Shown here one piece after another: positions 28,349 through 37,631 of a stretch of DNA of 64,000 nucleotides; position 1 is the first letter of the stretch, and the number at the start of each line of letters is the position of its first letter. A program made the translations under genes and the position numbers. This DNA comes from Candidatus Omnitrophota bacterium (GTDB lineage Bacteria; Omnitrophota; Gorgyraeia; Duberdicusellales; 4484-171): positions 256,001 to 320,000 of the forward strand of contig JAIPGM010000001.1 of the NCBI GenBank assembly GCA_021735655.1. Direction: 5' to 3'. The notes beneath the pieces were generated by a model, which was given only the letters and a program-made list of their open reading frames with translations, was not told where the DNA came from and did no database searches.

Positions 28349-29339
28349 GTTGATAGAGCTGTTAGCGCTTTTCTTTTTTGCTTTTACGCTCAGTATATTT
28401 TTTCTTGCTATTTCAAGAAAGCTATCTTTAAAACACAATCTTTTTATCAGAGATAGAAATATACCTTATATTGGGGGGGTTAGTTTTTCTCTGGTTTTTA
28501 TCATTTGCCTTATTTTATTTTCTTTTATTAAAGCTAAAGTTGTGCCTTTTCAGTTTATTTGGATAATTACCTTTTCATTTATATTGTTGTTGGTTGAGTG
28601 GATAGACGATTTGAAGGATTTAAAGCTTAAGGCCAGAGTCCTGATTCAAATCATTTTTGTATTTTTATTTCTCCTTTACGGAAAGCAAATCCAGATTTAT
28701 TTTTTACCAAACTGGGCTAATTATCTTATTTCTTTTTTATGGATAGTAGGGATAACCAATGCTTTTAATCATCTTGATGTCGCTGATGGGCTATGTGCAG
28801 GTATAGCTTTGATTGTTAGCTTGGCATGTTTAGTGATAGCTTTAAAGACTGGAAGCTTTTTATTGTTTGTTTTTGTTGCTCTTTTTGGGGTTCTTTTGGC
28901 TTTTCTTTTGTTTAATTTCCCTCCGGCTAAAATATTCATGGGTAATGCTGGAAGTCACTTTTTAGGCTTCTTGTTTGCAACCTTAAGCATTTATGGAGAC
29001 TATGCCAGCTTCGATAATATTTTAGCCATTTTTTTGCCCCTGTTGGTTCTAGGATTGCCGATTGTTGACACATTTTATCTCATTGTGGTGCGTGCTAGTA
29101 AGAAAATCTCTCCTTTACGGAAAAGTGATGATCACATCATTTTACGTTATTTGTTAAAGGGCTATTCTTACAAGCGGTCTTTGGCAAGTATTTATTTTTT
29201 AACTGCGGTTTGGTGTTTAAGTGCAATTCTTTTATTGAATGGTCCAGGCCTATGGTGTTTAATTTTTCTGATTATTGCCTTTTTGGGAACAATTCTTATG
29301 ATCATTAAGGCTAATGTCAGTAAATTTTCTAGTTGTTAG
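28335..29339 (+). CDS. MraY/WecA-family polyprenyl-phosphate sugar-1-phosphate transferase (initiating transferase)
   Basis: Signature NAFNHLDVADGL. About 10 TM helices. Confidence 0.75.
   Translation: MLLFKLIELLALFFFAFTLSIFFLAISRKLSLKHNLFIRDRNIPYIGGVSFSLVFIICLILFSFIKAKVVPFQFIWIITFSFILLLVEWIDDLKDLKLKARVLIQIIFVFLFLLYGKQIQIYFLPNWANYLISFLWIVGITNAFNHLDVADGLCAGIALIVSLACLVIALKTGSFLLFVFVALFGVLLAFLLFNFPPAKIFMGNAGSHFLGFLFATLSIYGDYASFDNILAIFLPLLVLGLPIVDTFYLIVVRASKKISPLRKSDDHIILRYLLKGYSYKRSLASIYFLTAVWCLSAILLLNGPGLWCLIFLIIAFLGTILMIIKANVSKFSSC
28473..28479. repeat. G7 homopolymer inside the WecA/MraY-family gene (codons 47-49)
   Basis: Counted directly: ATT GGG GGG GTT encodes I-G-G-V. Confidence 0.9.
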
Positions 29340-30524
29340 TCCGAGGATTATCCACCAGAGAAAAGCTACTTGAGGAATAAAGAAAGAGAAATCGACAATA
29401 TTATGCAGGAGAAACGACAACCCAGCTGCGAATATAGCTAATGATAGTAATGTGTTTTTCGAAGCTATAAGTATTTTTAAGTTCATTCTTACATAATTAA
29501 AAACTATCACTAGCCAGCTTAAAATTCCTATCATTCCAAGCTCACCCCAAATTTGAAGATAAGAGTTGTGGCTATAGCGAGACCCGGGCAAATAAAAATT
29601 GCCTAAACCGACGCCGACAAAAGGGTGTTGTTTGATTATTTCAGTTGTTCCGCGCCAGTAAGCGACTCTTTGGTGAATAGAAAAAAAGGGGTTGGTTATT
29701 TTTTCCGGATTGTTCAGACGTAGATAAAAAACAATTATTGATAATAAGCCGATTACAAGAATAGCGGTAATGCTTTTTTTGTTTATTTTTTTACGCCAAA
29801 ATAGTAGAAAAGGCAACAGACTAAGCAAGGATAACCATCCGCCGATAGATTTAGTAAAGAAGAAGGCAATAAAAGAAATAAGGACGCAAAAAAAGGCCAG
29901 GTATTTATCAAATACCCATTTAGCTTCTTCTTTTTTTTGTAAAAGTAGGCCAAGGCTGATGAAGATTAGTATTATTAGATAACCGGCTAAAAGATTGGGG
30001 TTAATGAAAGGGGCCAAGGCTCTTGATTGCGATAATAGCTCTTTTACAAAATAGTTATTAAATAATGCCCAAAGGCTGTAAATGGCCACAAAGCAGCAAC
30101 TCAGGAGGAGTGTTTTTATCAGAACTATTTGATTGTTTTTTGGGGTAAGCTTAGCGAAGTAAAATAATAACAGAATGATAAAAAAGTCATAAACTTTATT
30201 TAGATTTGATACAAGATCAGAAACAAACAGTGCTGAACCAAATAGGTTTAAGAAAAAAACTATGATTATTAAGTTAAAAAAACTTTTCTTGATATTTTTT
30301 CGGAAGATAAAAATATATAAAAGGCTAGAGCAAAAAATTACAAAATTAACTGTTGAATCAAGCATCCTAGAGCCAAATATCGGCAGAAGCGGGTAAAGGA
30401 AAATACAGCTAACTATAATTTTCCATATTGCTGACTGTAGTTTTAATTTCTGTTTTTCAGTCAGAGGCCTGAGCGGTGAATTAAGTTTATTCGCTATTGA
30501 TTTGGTTAAAGTAATTATTGGCAT
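29259..30524 (-). CDS. O-antigen ligase / Wzy_C-family polytopic membrane protein (ligase, polymerase or O-oligosaccharyltransferase)
   Basis: About 12 TM helices. Periplasmic loop RVAYWRGTTEIIKQHPFVGVGLGNFY resembles the Wzy_C/WaaL motif. Confidence 0.5.
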   Translation of the reverse strand: MPIITLTKSIANKLNSPLRPLTEKQKLKLQSAIWKIIVSCIFLYPLLPIFGSRMLDSTVNFVIFCSSLLYIFIFRKNIKKSFFNLIIIVFFLNLFGSALFVSDLVSNLNKVYDFFIILLLFYFAKLTPKNNQIVLIKTLLLSCCFVAIYSLWALFNNYFVKELLSQSRALAPFINPNLLAGYLIILIFISLGLLLQKKEEAKWVFDKYLAFFCVLISFIAFFFTKSIGGWLSLLSLLPFLLFWRKKINKKSITAILVIGLLSIIVFYLRLNNPEKITNPFFSIHQRVAYWRGTTEIIKQHPFVGVGLGNFYLPGSRYSHNSYLQIWGELGMIGILSWLVIVFNYVRMNLKILIASKNTLLSLAIFAAGLSFLLHNIVDFSFFIPQVAFLWWIILGLTTRKFTDISLNDHKNCSQKGNNQKN

Positions 30525-30612
30525 ATTTTTTAGGTTTGTTACTATTATAACTAGAATTTGACATATAGTAAAAAGATTTATATACTTTAAAGGTAGATTT
30601 AAAAGGTAAAAC

Positions 30613-31899
30613 GTGAAAAAATTATTTTTAACTATAATTATTTTCGGGCTGTTATTTTTGATATCTAGCTATCTCGAAGCTGCTATCTCTTATCGGTCGA
30701 GTAAGGTTTTTTTTGAGGGAAAACAGCTTTTAGTAGCTAAACCTGATAGTCAGGGTCGATATAGCCAGGCTTCTCCCTTTATAATCAAAGGAGTTACCTG
30801 GTCTCCGGAGACAGCCGCTCCTGATTTTGGTCCTAACCCAATATGCCCAAACGAAACTGTAGAATATGGTTTTTTCTTTGATTGGGCCGGCCGTATACCT
30901 CAGGGGCATGAGATTTTTGTTTATTGGAAGGAGCGGCAGTTTGTTAAGCATTACTTAACTGATGTTCCGCTGATGAGGAAGATGAATTTAAATACAGTTA
31001 GGGTTTATAGTTCCTTCGGCGATGATTTTAGAGAGGGCCGTAAGGTTTTAGATGAGTTATTCGATAATGGGATTATGATTATTATGAATGTAGCAATGTC
31101 TAAAGTTGACATTGATAACCAGAAGTATTTAAAAGTAGTCGAAGCTTACAAAGATCATCCGGCAATTCTTTTTTGGGCGATCGGTAACGAGTGGAATCTT
31201 GACTATAATAAATATTGGGGTTATGAAACAGTAGAAGCAGCAGCCCAAGCTACAAACCAGGTAGCTAAAGCAATAAAGCAAGTTGATCCAGATCATCCGG
31301 TGACCTCAGTTTTGGGTGATCGTTTTAGTGATTGCGATTTTGAAGATTCGGTAAGCCACATACTTGATATTTGTTTAGAGATAGATGTTTGGGGTTTTAA
31401 TGTTTACCGGGGAAAAAGCTTTAGAGATTTTTTTTCACAAGTTGAGAGCTTAACTGAAAGACCTTTTTATATCTCTGAGTTTGGAACCGACTCTTTTCGT
31501 ACTACTAAATTCAAGGTGGTTGATGAGCATCAGGCTGACAACTGCAAAGGTTGGGAGCATGAGGCTTTACAGGCAAAGTTTGTTTTAGGCCTTTGGCGGG
31601 AGATAGAAAGTAATCTTTCGGGAATTCATTCCGATAAGCAGTGTTTAGGCGGCCTGGTCCATGAGTTTAATGATTCGCTTTGGAAGGTTGGCTCTTATCA
31701 TGTAGGTTTAGGAGGTTTAGTTGACTATTACTCCGAAGAAAGATCTAGTTTTAGAACTTATAATACCGAAGGGTTTTATCTTCCTGGGGGTCACCCTGAT
31801 GATGTGGCTAACGAGGAGTATTTCGGTATAGTTAACGCTGAACGCAAGCCTAAAGAAATATTCTTTAAATTGCAGGAATATTACGCTAAGTTAAAGTGA
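30613..31899 (+). CDS. secreted clan GH-A (GH5-like TIM-barrel) glycoside hydrolase
   Basis: Signal peptide. AIGNEWNL (NE acid/base) and YISEFGTD (Glu nucleophile) motifs. GTG start after AAAAGG. Confidence 0.45.
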   Translation: MKKLFLTIIIFGLLFLISSYLEAAISYRSSKVFFEGKQLLVAKPDSQGRYSQASPFIIKGVTWSPETAAPDFGPNPICPNETVEYGFFFDWAGRIPQGHEIFVYWKERQFVKHYLTDVPLMRKMNLNTVRVYSSFGDDFREGRKVLDELFDNGIMIIMNVAMSKVDIDNQKYLKVVEAYKDHPAILFWAIGNEWNLDYNKYWGYETVEAAAQATNQVAKAIKQVDPDHPVTSVLGDRFSDCDFEDSVSHILDICLEIDVWGFNVYRGKSFRDFFSQVESLTERPFYISEFGTDSFRTTKFKVVDEHQADNCKGWEHEALQAKFVLGLWREIESNLSGIHSDKQCLGGLVHEFNDSLWKVGSYHVGLGGLVDYYSEERSSFRTYNTEGFYLPGGHPDDVANEEYFGIVNAERKPKEIFFKLQEYYAKLK

Positions 31900-31900
31900 T

Positions 31901-31929
31901 TTGACATATCAAGGTATATTCTATATAAT
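31901..31929 (+). promoter_or_regulatory. sigma70-type promoter upstream of lysS: TTGACA-N17-TATAAT
   Basis: TTGACA 31901-31906, 17-nt spacer, TATAAT 31924-31929, 9 nt before ATG 31939. Confidence 0.6.
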
Positions 31930-31938
31930 CAATACATC

Positions 31939-33354
31939 ATGGAATTGAATGAAAAACTAGAGAAAATAAGCGAAGAGTTTGGTAACCCCTTCTTGGAGAC
32001 GAGCTTTCCTAAGTCTTTGACTATTAAAGAGATACTAGATGGATTTGAGGAGGAAAAAGAAGTCCTGGTTGCCGGAAGATTAATTTCTAAGCGTGAGCAC
32101 GGAAAAAGCGGCTTTGCTCATTTGAGCGATCATACCGGAAGGATCCAGTTTTATGCTCAGGCTAATAAATTAGGGGATGTTTATAAGCTTTATAAGGAAA
32201 TGGATATCGGCGATATTGTCGGAATCCGCGGCAAGTTTTTTGTTACTCGGACCGGTGAGCAAACGGTTTTAATCGATGAATTAAAACTCCTAGCTAAGGC
32301 TCTTCGGCCAATGCCTGAGAAGTGGCATGGCTTAAAAGATGTTGAAGTAAGGTATCGTCAGCGCTATTTAGATTTAATTGCTAACTCTCAGGTTCGTGAT
32401 GTTTTTATAAAACGTTCTCAGATAATTTCTTTAATCAGAGAGTTTTTAAATCAGTTAAAGTTTATTGAGGTTGAGACACCGATGCTTCACACGGTAGCCG
32501 GAGGAGCAGCCGGTAGACCGTTTATGACCCATCATAATGCAACTGATGCTGATGTTTATTTGCGGATTGCTCCTGAGCTTTATTTGAAGCGGCTTTTAGT
32601 TGGTGGGCTTGAAAAGGTTTATGAGTTGAATCGAAGCTTTCGGAATGAAGGAACTTCAACCCGGCATAATCCGGAATTTACTATGCTTGAAGCCTATTCT
32701 TGTTATCAGAACTATGAATATATGATGAAGCTTTGCGAAGATTTGTTTTCTTATTTAGCTAAAGAAATAAACGGCAGCTGTGAGATTGAATATCAGGGGC
32801 AAAGGTTAGATTTAACTCCTCCTTGGCAGAGGATTTCTTTTGCTGAACTTTTTAAAAAAGAGTTTGATGTCGAATCTAGTGATTCTCAGAAGGAAATGTT
32901 TGATAAAATTAGTAAGAAATTAAAATTAGCAAAGGGTTTGAGTCGTTCTCAAATCCTGAATATAACTGAGGAGTTGATTGAGAAAAACTATCCTAAGGAT
33001 AAACCAGCCTTCATTGTTGATTTTTTTACTTGGACTTCGCCTTTGGCTAAGCGCAAAAGGGATAACCCAAACTTAGTTGAGCGGTTTGAACTTTTTGTTG
33101 CTGGACTTGAAGTTGCCAATGCTTACTCTGAGCTCAATGACCCGATTGACCAGAGAGCACGTTTTAAAAAGCAACTAGAGACTGAAGATGAGCTTCCAAA
33201 GAAAATTGATGATGATTTTGTTTTAAGTTTAGAATACGGAATGCCTCCAGCTACTGGCTTGGGAATCGGCATTGATAGGCTAGTTATGATTCTTCTCAAC
33301 CAACCCTCGATAAGAGACGTGATTCTTTTTCCGCTGCTTAAACCTTTAGGTTAA
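31939..33354 (+). CDS. lysS: lysine--tRNA ligase (class II)
   Basis: Class II motifs FRNEGTSTRHNPEFTMLEAY. C-terminal GLGIGIDRLVM. Confidence 0.9.
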   Translation: MELNEKLEKISEEFGNPFLETSFPKSLTIKEILDGFEEEKEVLVAGRLISKREHGKSGFAHLSDHTGRIQFYAQANKLGDVYKLYKEMDIGDIVGIRGKFFVTRTGEQTVLIDELKLLAKALRPMPEKWHGLKDVEVRYRQRYLDLIANSQVRDVFIKRSQIISLIREFLNQLKFIEVETPMLHTVAGGAAGRPFMTHHNATDADVYLRIAPELYLKRLLVGGLEKVYELNRSFRNEGTSTRHNPEFTMLEAYSCYQNYEYMMKLCEDLFSYLAKEINGSCEIEYQGQRLDLTPPWQRISFAELFKKEFDVESSDSQKEMFDKISKKLKLAKGLSRSQILNITEELIEKNYPKDKPAFIVDFFTWTSPLAKRKRDNPNLVERFELFVAGLEVANAYSELNDPIDQRARFKKQLETEDELPKKIDDDFVLSLEYGMPPATGLGIGIDRLVMILLNQPSIRDVILFPLLKPLG

Positions 33355-34511
33355 TGTTAACCGAAATTTATTTAGCTAGACGTTATATTTTTAGGGGTCG
33401 CACTCGACACATCTCTTTTATTGGTATCATTTCTTGTTTAGGAGTTGCTGTCGGGGTCGCCGCTTTGATTATCGCCTTTTCAATTGTAAATGGAATTGAT
33501 GGCGGTTTGATGAAACGAATCATGCGTTTTCAGGATCACTTGACCGTTGATAGTTTCGATCAAGAAAGTCTGCTGGCGGTTAAACAAGATCTAGAAAACT
33601 GGGATGAGGTCGAGACAGCTCAAATTTCAGTTAATACTCAAGTTTTTGCTAAATTTGGTGAAACAATAATGCCTTTAGCTGTAAGAGGGGTGGACTTTTC
33701 TGACCCTAAAGCTAAAGAGGAATTTTCTCAATATATAAAGAAAGAGTTTGCCCAAGAGGGTTTTTTCATCGGCCAAGGCTTAAGCCAGCAGTTCTTTATC
33801 GATAAAAAAATAGAGTTTTACCCTTTAGAGAAAAACCTTAAACTTAAAAGCAGCAAGGTTAGAGGGGTCTTCAAAGTAGGCTTATACGATATTGATAATT
33901 ATTATTTGATTACTGATTTAAAGAAAGCAAAGTCTCTTTCGGCTAATTATTCTTTATTCTTAGGGGTAAAACTCAAAAATCCCTACTTGGCTGATCAAAT
34001 TAAGGAAAGGCTGTTAAATAAATATTCCAACAAGTTGTTGGTTAACAGCTGGATTGAGTCAAACTCAGCTCTTTTTGCTACCTTAAAACTAGAAAAGTTA
34101 GCCTTATTTATTATTTTAGGTTTAATTATTTTGGTAGCTTCGTTTAACATATTCTCGGCGCTGACAGTTAAGGTAGTTGAGAAGACCAAAGATATTGGAA
34201 TTTTAAGGTCTTTAGGTTTCAGAAGAAGAAGCATCCGAACTATTTTTACCCTTGGCGGTTTAATGATTGGCTCAACCGGGGTAGTTTTGGGGTCTTTGCT
34301 CGGAGTTGGTACTTGTCTTGTGTTTGAGAAGTATCCTTTTGTTAAAATTCCGGCTGACATTTTTGGCACTGATTACTTGCCGTTGGTAGTTGACTATAAA
34401 GACGTATTAGCAATTGCTATCGTCGGTTTGATTATTTCTTTTATCTCTAGTTTTTTGCCGGCTTATCGAGCGAGTAAGCTTAATATTTGTGAGGCGCTTA
34501 GATATGAATGA
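33354..34511 (+). CDS. FtsX-like ABC transporter permease (LolC/LolE-like)
   Basis: N-terminal TM, large periplasmic domain, C-terminal FtsX-type 3-TM bundle. Followed by an ATPase. Confidence 0.6.
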   Translation: MLTEIYLARRYIFRGRTRHISFIGIISCLGVAVGVAALIIAFSIVNGIDGGLMKRIMRFQDHLTVDSFDQESLLAVKQDLENWDEVETAQISVNTQVFAKFGETIMPLAVRGVDFSDPKAKEEFSQYIKKEFAQEGFFIGQGLSQQFFIDKKIEFYPLEKNLKLKSSKVRGVFKVGLYDIDNYYLITDLKKAKSLSANYSLFLGVKLKNPYLADQIKERLLNKYSNKLLVNSWIESNSALFATLKLEKLALFIILGLIILVASFNIFSALTVKVVEKTKDIGILRSLGFRRRSIRTIFTLGGLMIGSTGVVLGSLLGVGTCLVFEKYPFVKIPADIFGTDYLPLVVDYKDVLAIAIVGLIISFISSFLPAYRASKLNICEALRYE

Positions 34512-35172
34512 GTTGATAGAATTAAAATCTGTAAACAAAACTTATAACAACGGTATGCCTTTTGCGGCTCTTTGTGATATATCTTTATCAATAGCTAAAC
34601 AAGACTATTTGGCAATAACCGGTCCTTCGGGAGCCGGAAAATCAACCTTGCTTCATATTATCGGCGGCCTTGAACTTCCGACTAGCGGTGAGGTATTTTT
34701 TCAAGAAAAGCAAATATCTAAGCTCAACGATCGCGATCTTTGCCTTTGGCGTAATAAAACCGTGGGTTTTGTTTTTCAGTTTTATCATTTAATCGAAGAG
34801 CTGAATGTATTGGAAAATGTAGCAATTGCCGTATTTGGTCAGATGCAAAAATACTCTTTCAAAAAAGCTAAGGAGTTGTTAAAATATTTAGGACTTGAAA
34901 AAAGAGTTGAGGCTTTTCCATCGCAACTTAGCGGTGGCGAAAAACAAAGGGTAGCTATTGCTCGAGCTTTGGTCAATGACCCTCAGGTGCTTTTTTGTGA
35001 CGAACCGACTGGTAATCTTGATAAGGAGTCACAAGAGAGAGTGGTTAGTTTGCTTTCGAATTTAAATAGGAGCAAGAAAAAAACAATAGTTTTAGTGACC
35101 CATAATCAGGAGCTAGCTAGACAGGCAAAAAAAGTTTTAGTTATTGAAGACGGAAAAATAAACGGAGGGTGA
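34504..35172 (+). CDS. lolD: ABC transporter ATP-binding protein (LolD-like)
   Basis: Walker A GPSGAGKST, signature LSGGEKQRVAIARAL. Start ATG 34504 overlaps the upstream stop. Confidence 0.55.
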   Translation: MNELIELKSVNKTYNNGMPFAALCDISLSIAKQDYLAITGPSGAGKSTLLHIIGGLELPTSGEVFFQEKQISKLNDRDLCLWRNKTVGFVFQFYHLIEELNVLENVAIAVFGQMQKYSFKKAKELLKYLGLEKRVEAFPSQLSGGEKQRVAIARALVNDPQVLFCDEPTGNLDKESQERVVSLLSNLNRSKKKTIVLVTHNQELARQAKKVLVIEDGKINGG

Positions 35173-35174
35173 GC

Positions 35175-36050
35175 ATGAAAGTTTATCTTAACCGAGAGTT
35201 AGTTGAGAAAAAAGACGCAAAGGTTTCAGTATTTGATCATGGATATCTTTACGGTGATGGAGTTTTTGAGGGAATAAGAACCTACGACTGTTTGGTTTTT
35301 AAACTGAAAGAGCATGTCGACCGATTGTATGAGTCTGCTCATTCAATTATGCTAAATATCTCTTTCACTAAAAAACAGATGGTGGAAGCAATTATAAAAA
35401 CGCTTAAGGCGAATAAACTTAAAGATGGTTATATCAGGGTAGTTGTTTCCCGTGGTGAAGGCGATTTAGGTCTTGATCCGCGAAAATGTAAGGGCAATGA
35501 AACATTAGTTATTATTACTGATAAGATTACTCTTTATCCTAAACAGCTATATCAAAAAGGGATGGAGATAATAACTGTTCCTACGGTACGTAATATTCCG
35601 GAAGCTTTAAATCCACAGATTAAGTCGCTTAACTATTTGAATAATATCTTAGCCAAGATTGAAGCGATCAACTCCGGTTATCAAGAGGCTTTGATGCTTG
35701 ATCATCTCGGCTATGTAGCTGAATGTACTGGTGACAATATATTTATGGTTAAGAAGGGTAAGCTCTATACGCCACCTCAATGTATGGGTACTCTTCGGGG
35801 GATCACCCGCGATGCAGTACTTGATATTGCTAAGAAGTTAAAACTTTCTACCAATGAGCACGTTTTAACCCGGCATGAACTCTATCTATCCGATGAATGT
35901 TTTTTAACTGGAACTGCAGCCGAAATCGTTCCGGTAGTAAAGGTAGACGGTAGGAGGATCGGCACTGGCATTCCGGGTAAATTTACTAAAAAAATAATGC
36001 AGGAGTTTAGGAATTTAACTAAAACTTCAGGTGTAAGGTATAAGTTGTAG
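35175..36050 (+). CDS. ilvE: branched-chain amino acid aminotransferase (fold type IV)
   Basis: VFDHGYLYGDGVFEGIRTY and class IV aminotransferase layout. GGAGGG lies upstream. Confidence 0.75.
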   Translation: MKVYLNRELVEKKDAKVSVFDHGYLYGDGVFEGIRTYDCLVFKLKEHVDRLYESAHSIMLNISFTKKQMVEAIIKTLKANKLKDGYIRVVVSRGEGDLGLDPRKCKGNETLVIITDKITLYPKQLYQKGMEIITVPTVRNIPEALNPQIKSLNYLNNILAKIEAINSGYQEALMLDHLGYVAECTGDNIFMVKKGKLYTPPQCMGTLRGITRDAVLDIAKKLKLSTNEHVLTRHELYLSDECFLTGTAAEIVPVVKVDGRRIGTGIPGKFTKKIMQEFRNLTKTSGVRYKL

Positions 36051-36062
36051 GAAAATAAAGCT

Positions 36063-36548
36063 ATGCTTTGTGATATTTGCCATAAAAACATTGCTACAGT
36101 TCATCTTACCGAGATTATTAATGATAAGGTAGCTGAGATGCATATTTGCCAGGCTTGTGCTCAGAATAAGTCTGAAGGTCTTGCTCAGCAGCCGAATATT
36201 TCTGATTTTGTTGGCGGTCTGGTAAATGCTGATTTGACTAAAAAAGATAATCGAGCCTTAAAATGCCCGGCCTGCGGTTTTAACTATAATGATTTTAAGA
36301 AAAAAGGGAGGCTGGGCTGTGGCCGGTGTTATACAGCTTTTAGAAGACAGTTACTTCCTTTGCTTAAGAAGATTCACGGAGCAATCCGCCATACTGGTAA
36401 AATTCCTTTAGATGTTAAGAGACCGGTTTCTTCAGAAGTAAAGTTAAGAGAGTTAAATGATCAGCTAGAGCGGGCGATCCAGCTGGAGGAATACGAAGCG
36501 GCAGCAAAAATTAGAGATAAACTTAAGAAGTTGGATAAAAACAAGTAG
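36063..36548 (+). CDS. mcsA: protein-arginine kinase activator McsA (four CxxC plus UVR domain)
   Basis: CDIC..CQAC..CPAC..CGRC. C-terminal UVR motif LEEYEAAAKIRDKL. Confidence 0.7.
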   Translation: MLCDICHKNIATVHLTEIINDKVAEMHICQACAQNKSEGLAQQPNISDFVGGLVNADLTKKDNRALKCPACGFNYNDFKKKGRLGCGRCYTAFRRQLLPLLKKIHGAIRHTGKIPLDVKRPVSSEVKLRELNDQLERAIQLEEYEAAAKIRDKLKKLDKNK

Positions 36549-36559
36549 TAATTTAAATA

Positions 36560-37627
36560 ATGTTTAGGAATTTTCTCGATAACAAAGATAGTTGGTTGAG
36601 CAAGAAGGGTCCGGAATCGGAGATCGTTTTCTCATCGCGCATCCGTCTGGCTCGTAACATTGACGGAATTCCTTTTCCTTCTAAAGCTACAATTGCTCAA
36701 CGGGAGGAAGTATTCAAGTCAGCCAAGGAAGCCTATCCGCATATTAAAAGATTCAAGAATAGTTTTTTTGTTAACATGGATGACCTCGGAGAGCTAGATA
36801 GTCACTTTCTTCTTGAGCGGCACTTAATTGCTCAAGAGCACTTAGTCCAGGCTTCACACCGAGGACTTATTATGTCTAAGGATGAGGAGATTTCAATCAT
36901 GGTAAATGAGGAAGATCACTTCCGGATGCAGGTAATTACCTCTGGTTTTGATCTGAAGAAATGCTGGGATATTCTTGATAATATCGATAATGATTTGAGT
37001 AAAAAAATATCTTTCTCTTTTTTGCCCGATGTAGGCTATCTAACTGCTTGTCCGACTAATGTTGGAACCGCACTTAGAGCGTCATGTATGTTGCATCTCC
37101 CAGCATTAATCCTTACCAAACGGATCAATAAGATTTTAGAGCTTTTGGCCCGGATATCTTTTACTACTCGGGGTTTGTTTGGTGAAGGCACGCAAGCTTT
37201 AGGAAATTTTTTTCAGATTTCCAACCAAGTGAGTTTAGGTTTAAGCGAGGAAGAGCTAATCGACAATTTGATCAGTGTAGTTAACCAGGTCAAAAATCAC
37301 GAAATCGGTGCTCGCAATATTTTGATTAAGAAGTACAAAAAGAATCTAGAGGATAATGTCTGGCGGGCTTTAGGAATTTTAAGAAATGCTCGTTTGATTA
37401 ATAGCAAAGAAGCCCTGAGTCATCTTTCTATCTTGTCATTAGGCCTAGATTTAGGTATAATTAAAGATGTAGATTTTTCAAAGTGTAAGACTGGCAAGAA
37501 GTTGTTGCGTAACTTATTTATTATGATTCAACCGGCTCATTTACAAAAAATTGAAGGCCGGACTTTAAAAGAAAAAGAACGTGATTCAATTAGAGCCGAT
37601 ATTTTAAGAGAAAGGTTAGGAGGATAA
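36560..37627 (+). CDS. mcsB: protein arginine kinase McsB (ATP:guanido phosphotransferase)
   Basis: CPTNVGTALR active-site motif. About 355 aa. Confidence 0.8.
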   Translation: MFRNFLDNKDSWLSKKGPESEIVFSSRIRLARNIDGIPFPSKATIAQREEVFKSAKEAYPHIKRFKNSFFVNMDDLGELDSHFLLERHLIAQEHLVQASHRGLIMSKDEEISIMVNEEDHFRMQVITSGFDLKKCWDILDNIDNDLSKKISFSFLPDVGYLTACPTNVGTALRASCMLHLPALILTKRINKILELLARISFTTRGLFGEGTQALGNFFQISNQVSLGLSEEELIDNLISVVNQVKNHEIGARNILIKKYKKNLEDNVWRALGILRNARLINSKEALSHLSILSLGLDLGIIKDVDFSKCKTGKKLLRNLFIMIQPAHLQKIEGRTLKEKERDSIRADILRERLGG

Positions 37628-37631
37628 TAAA

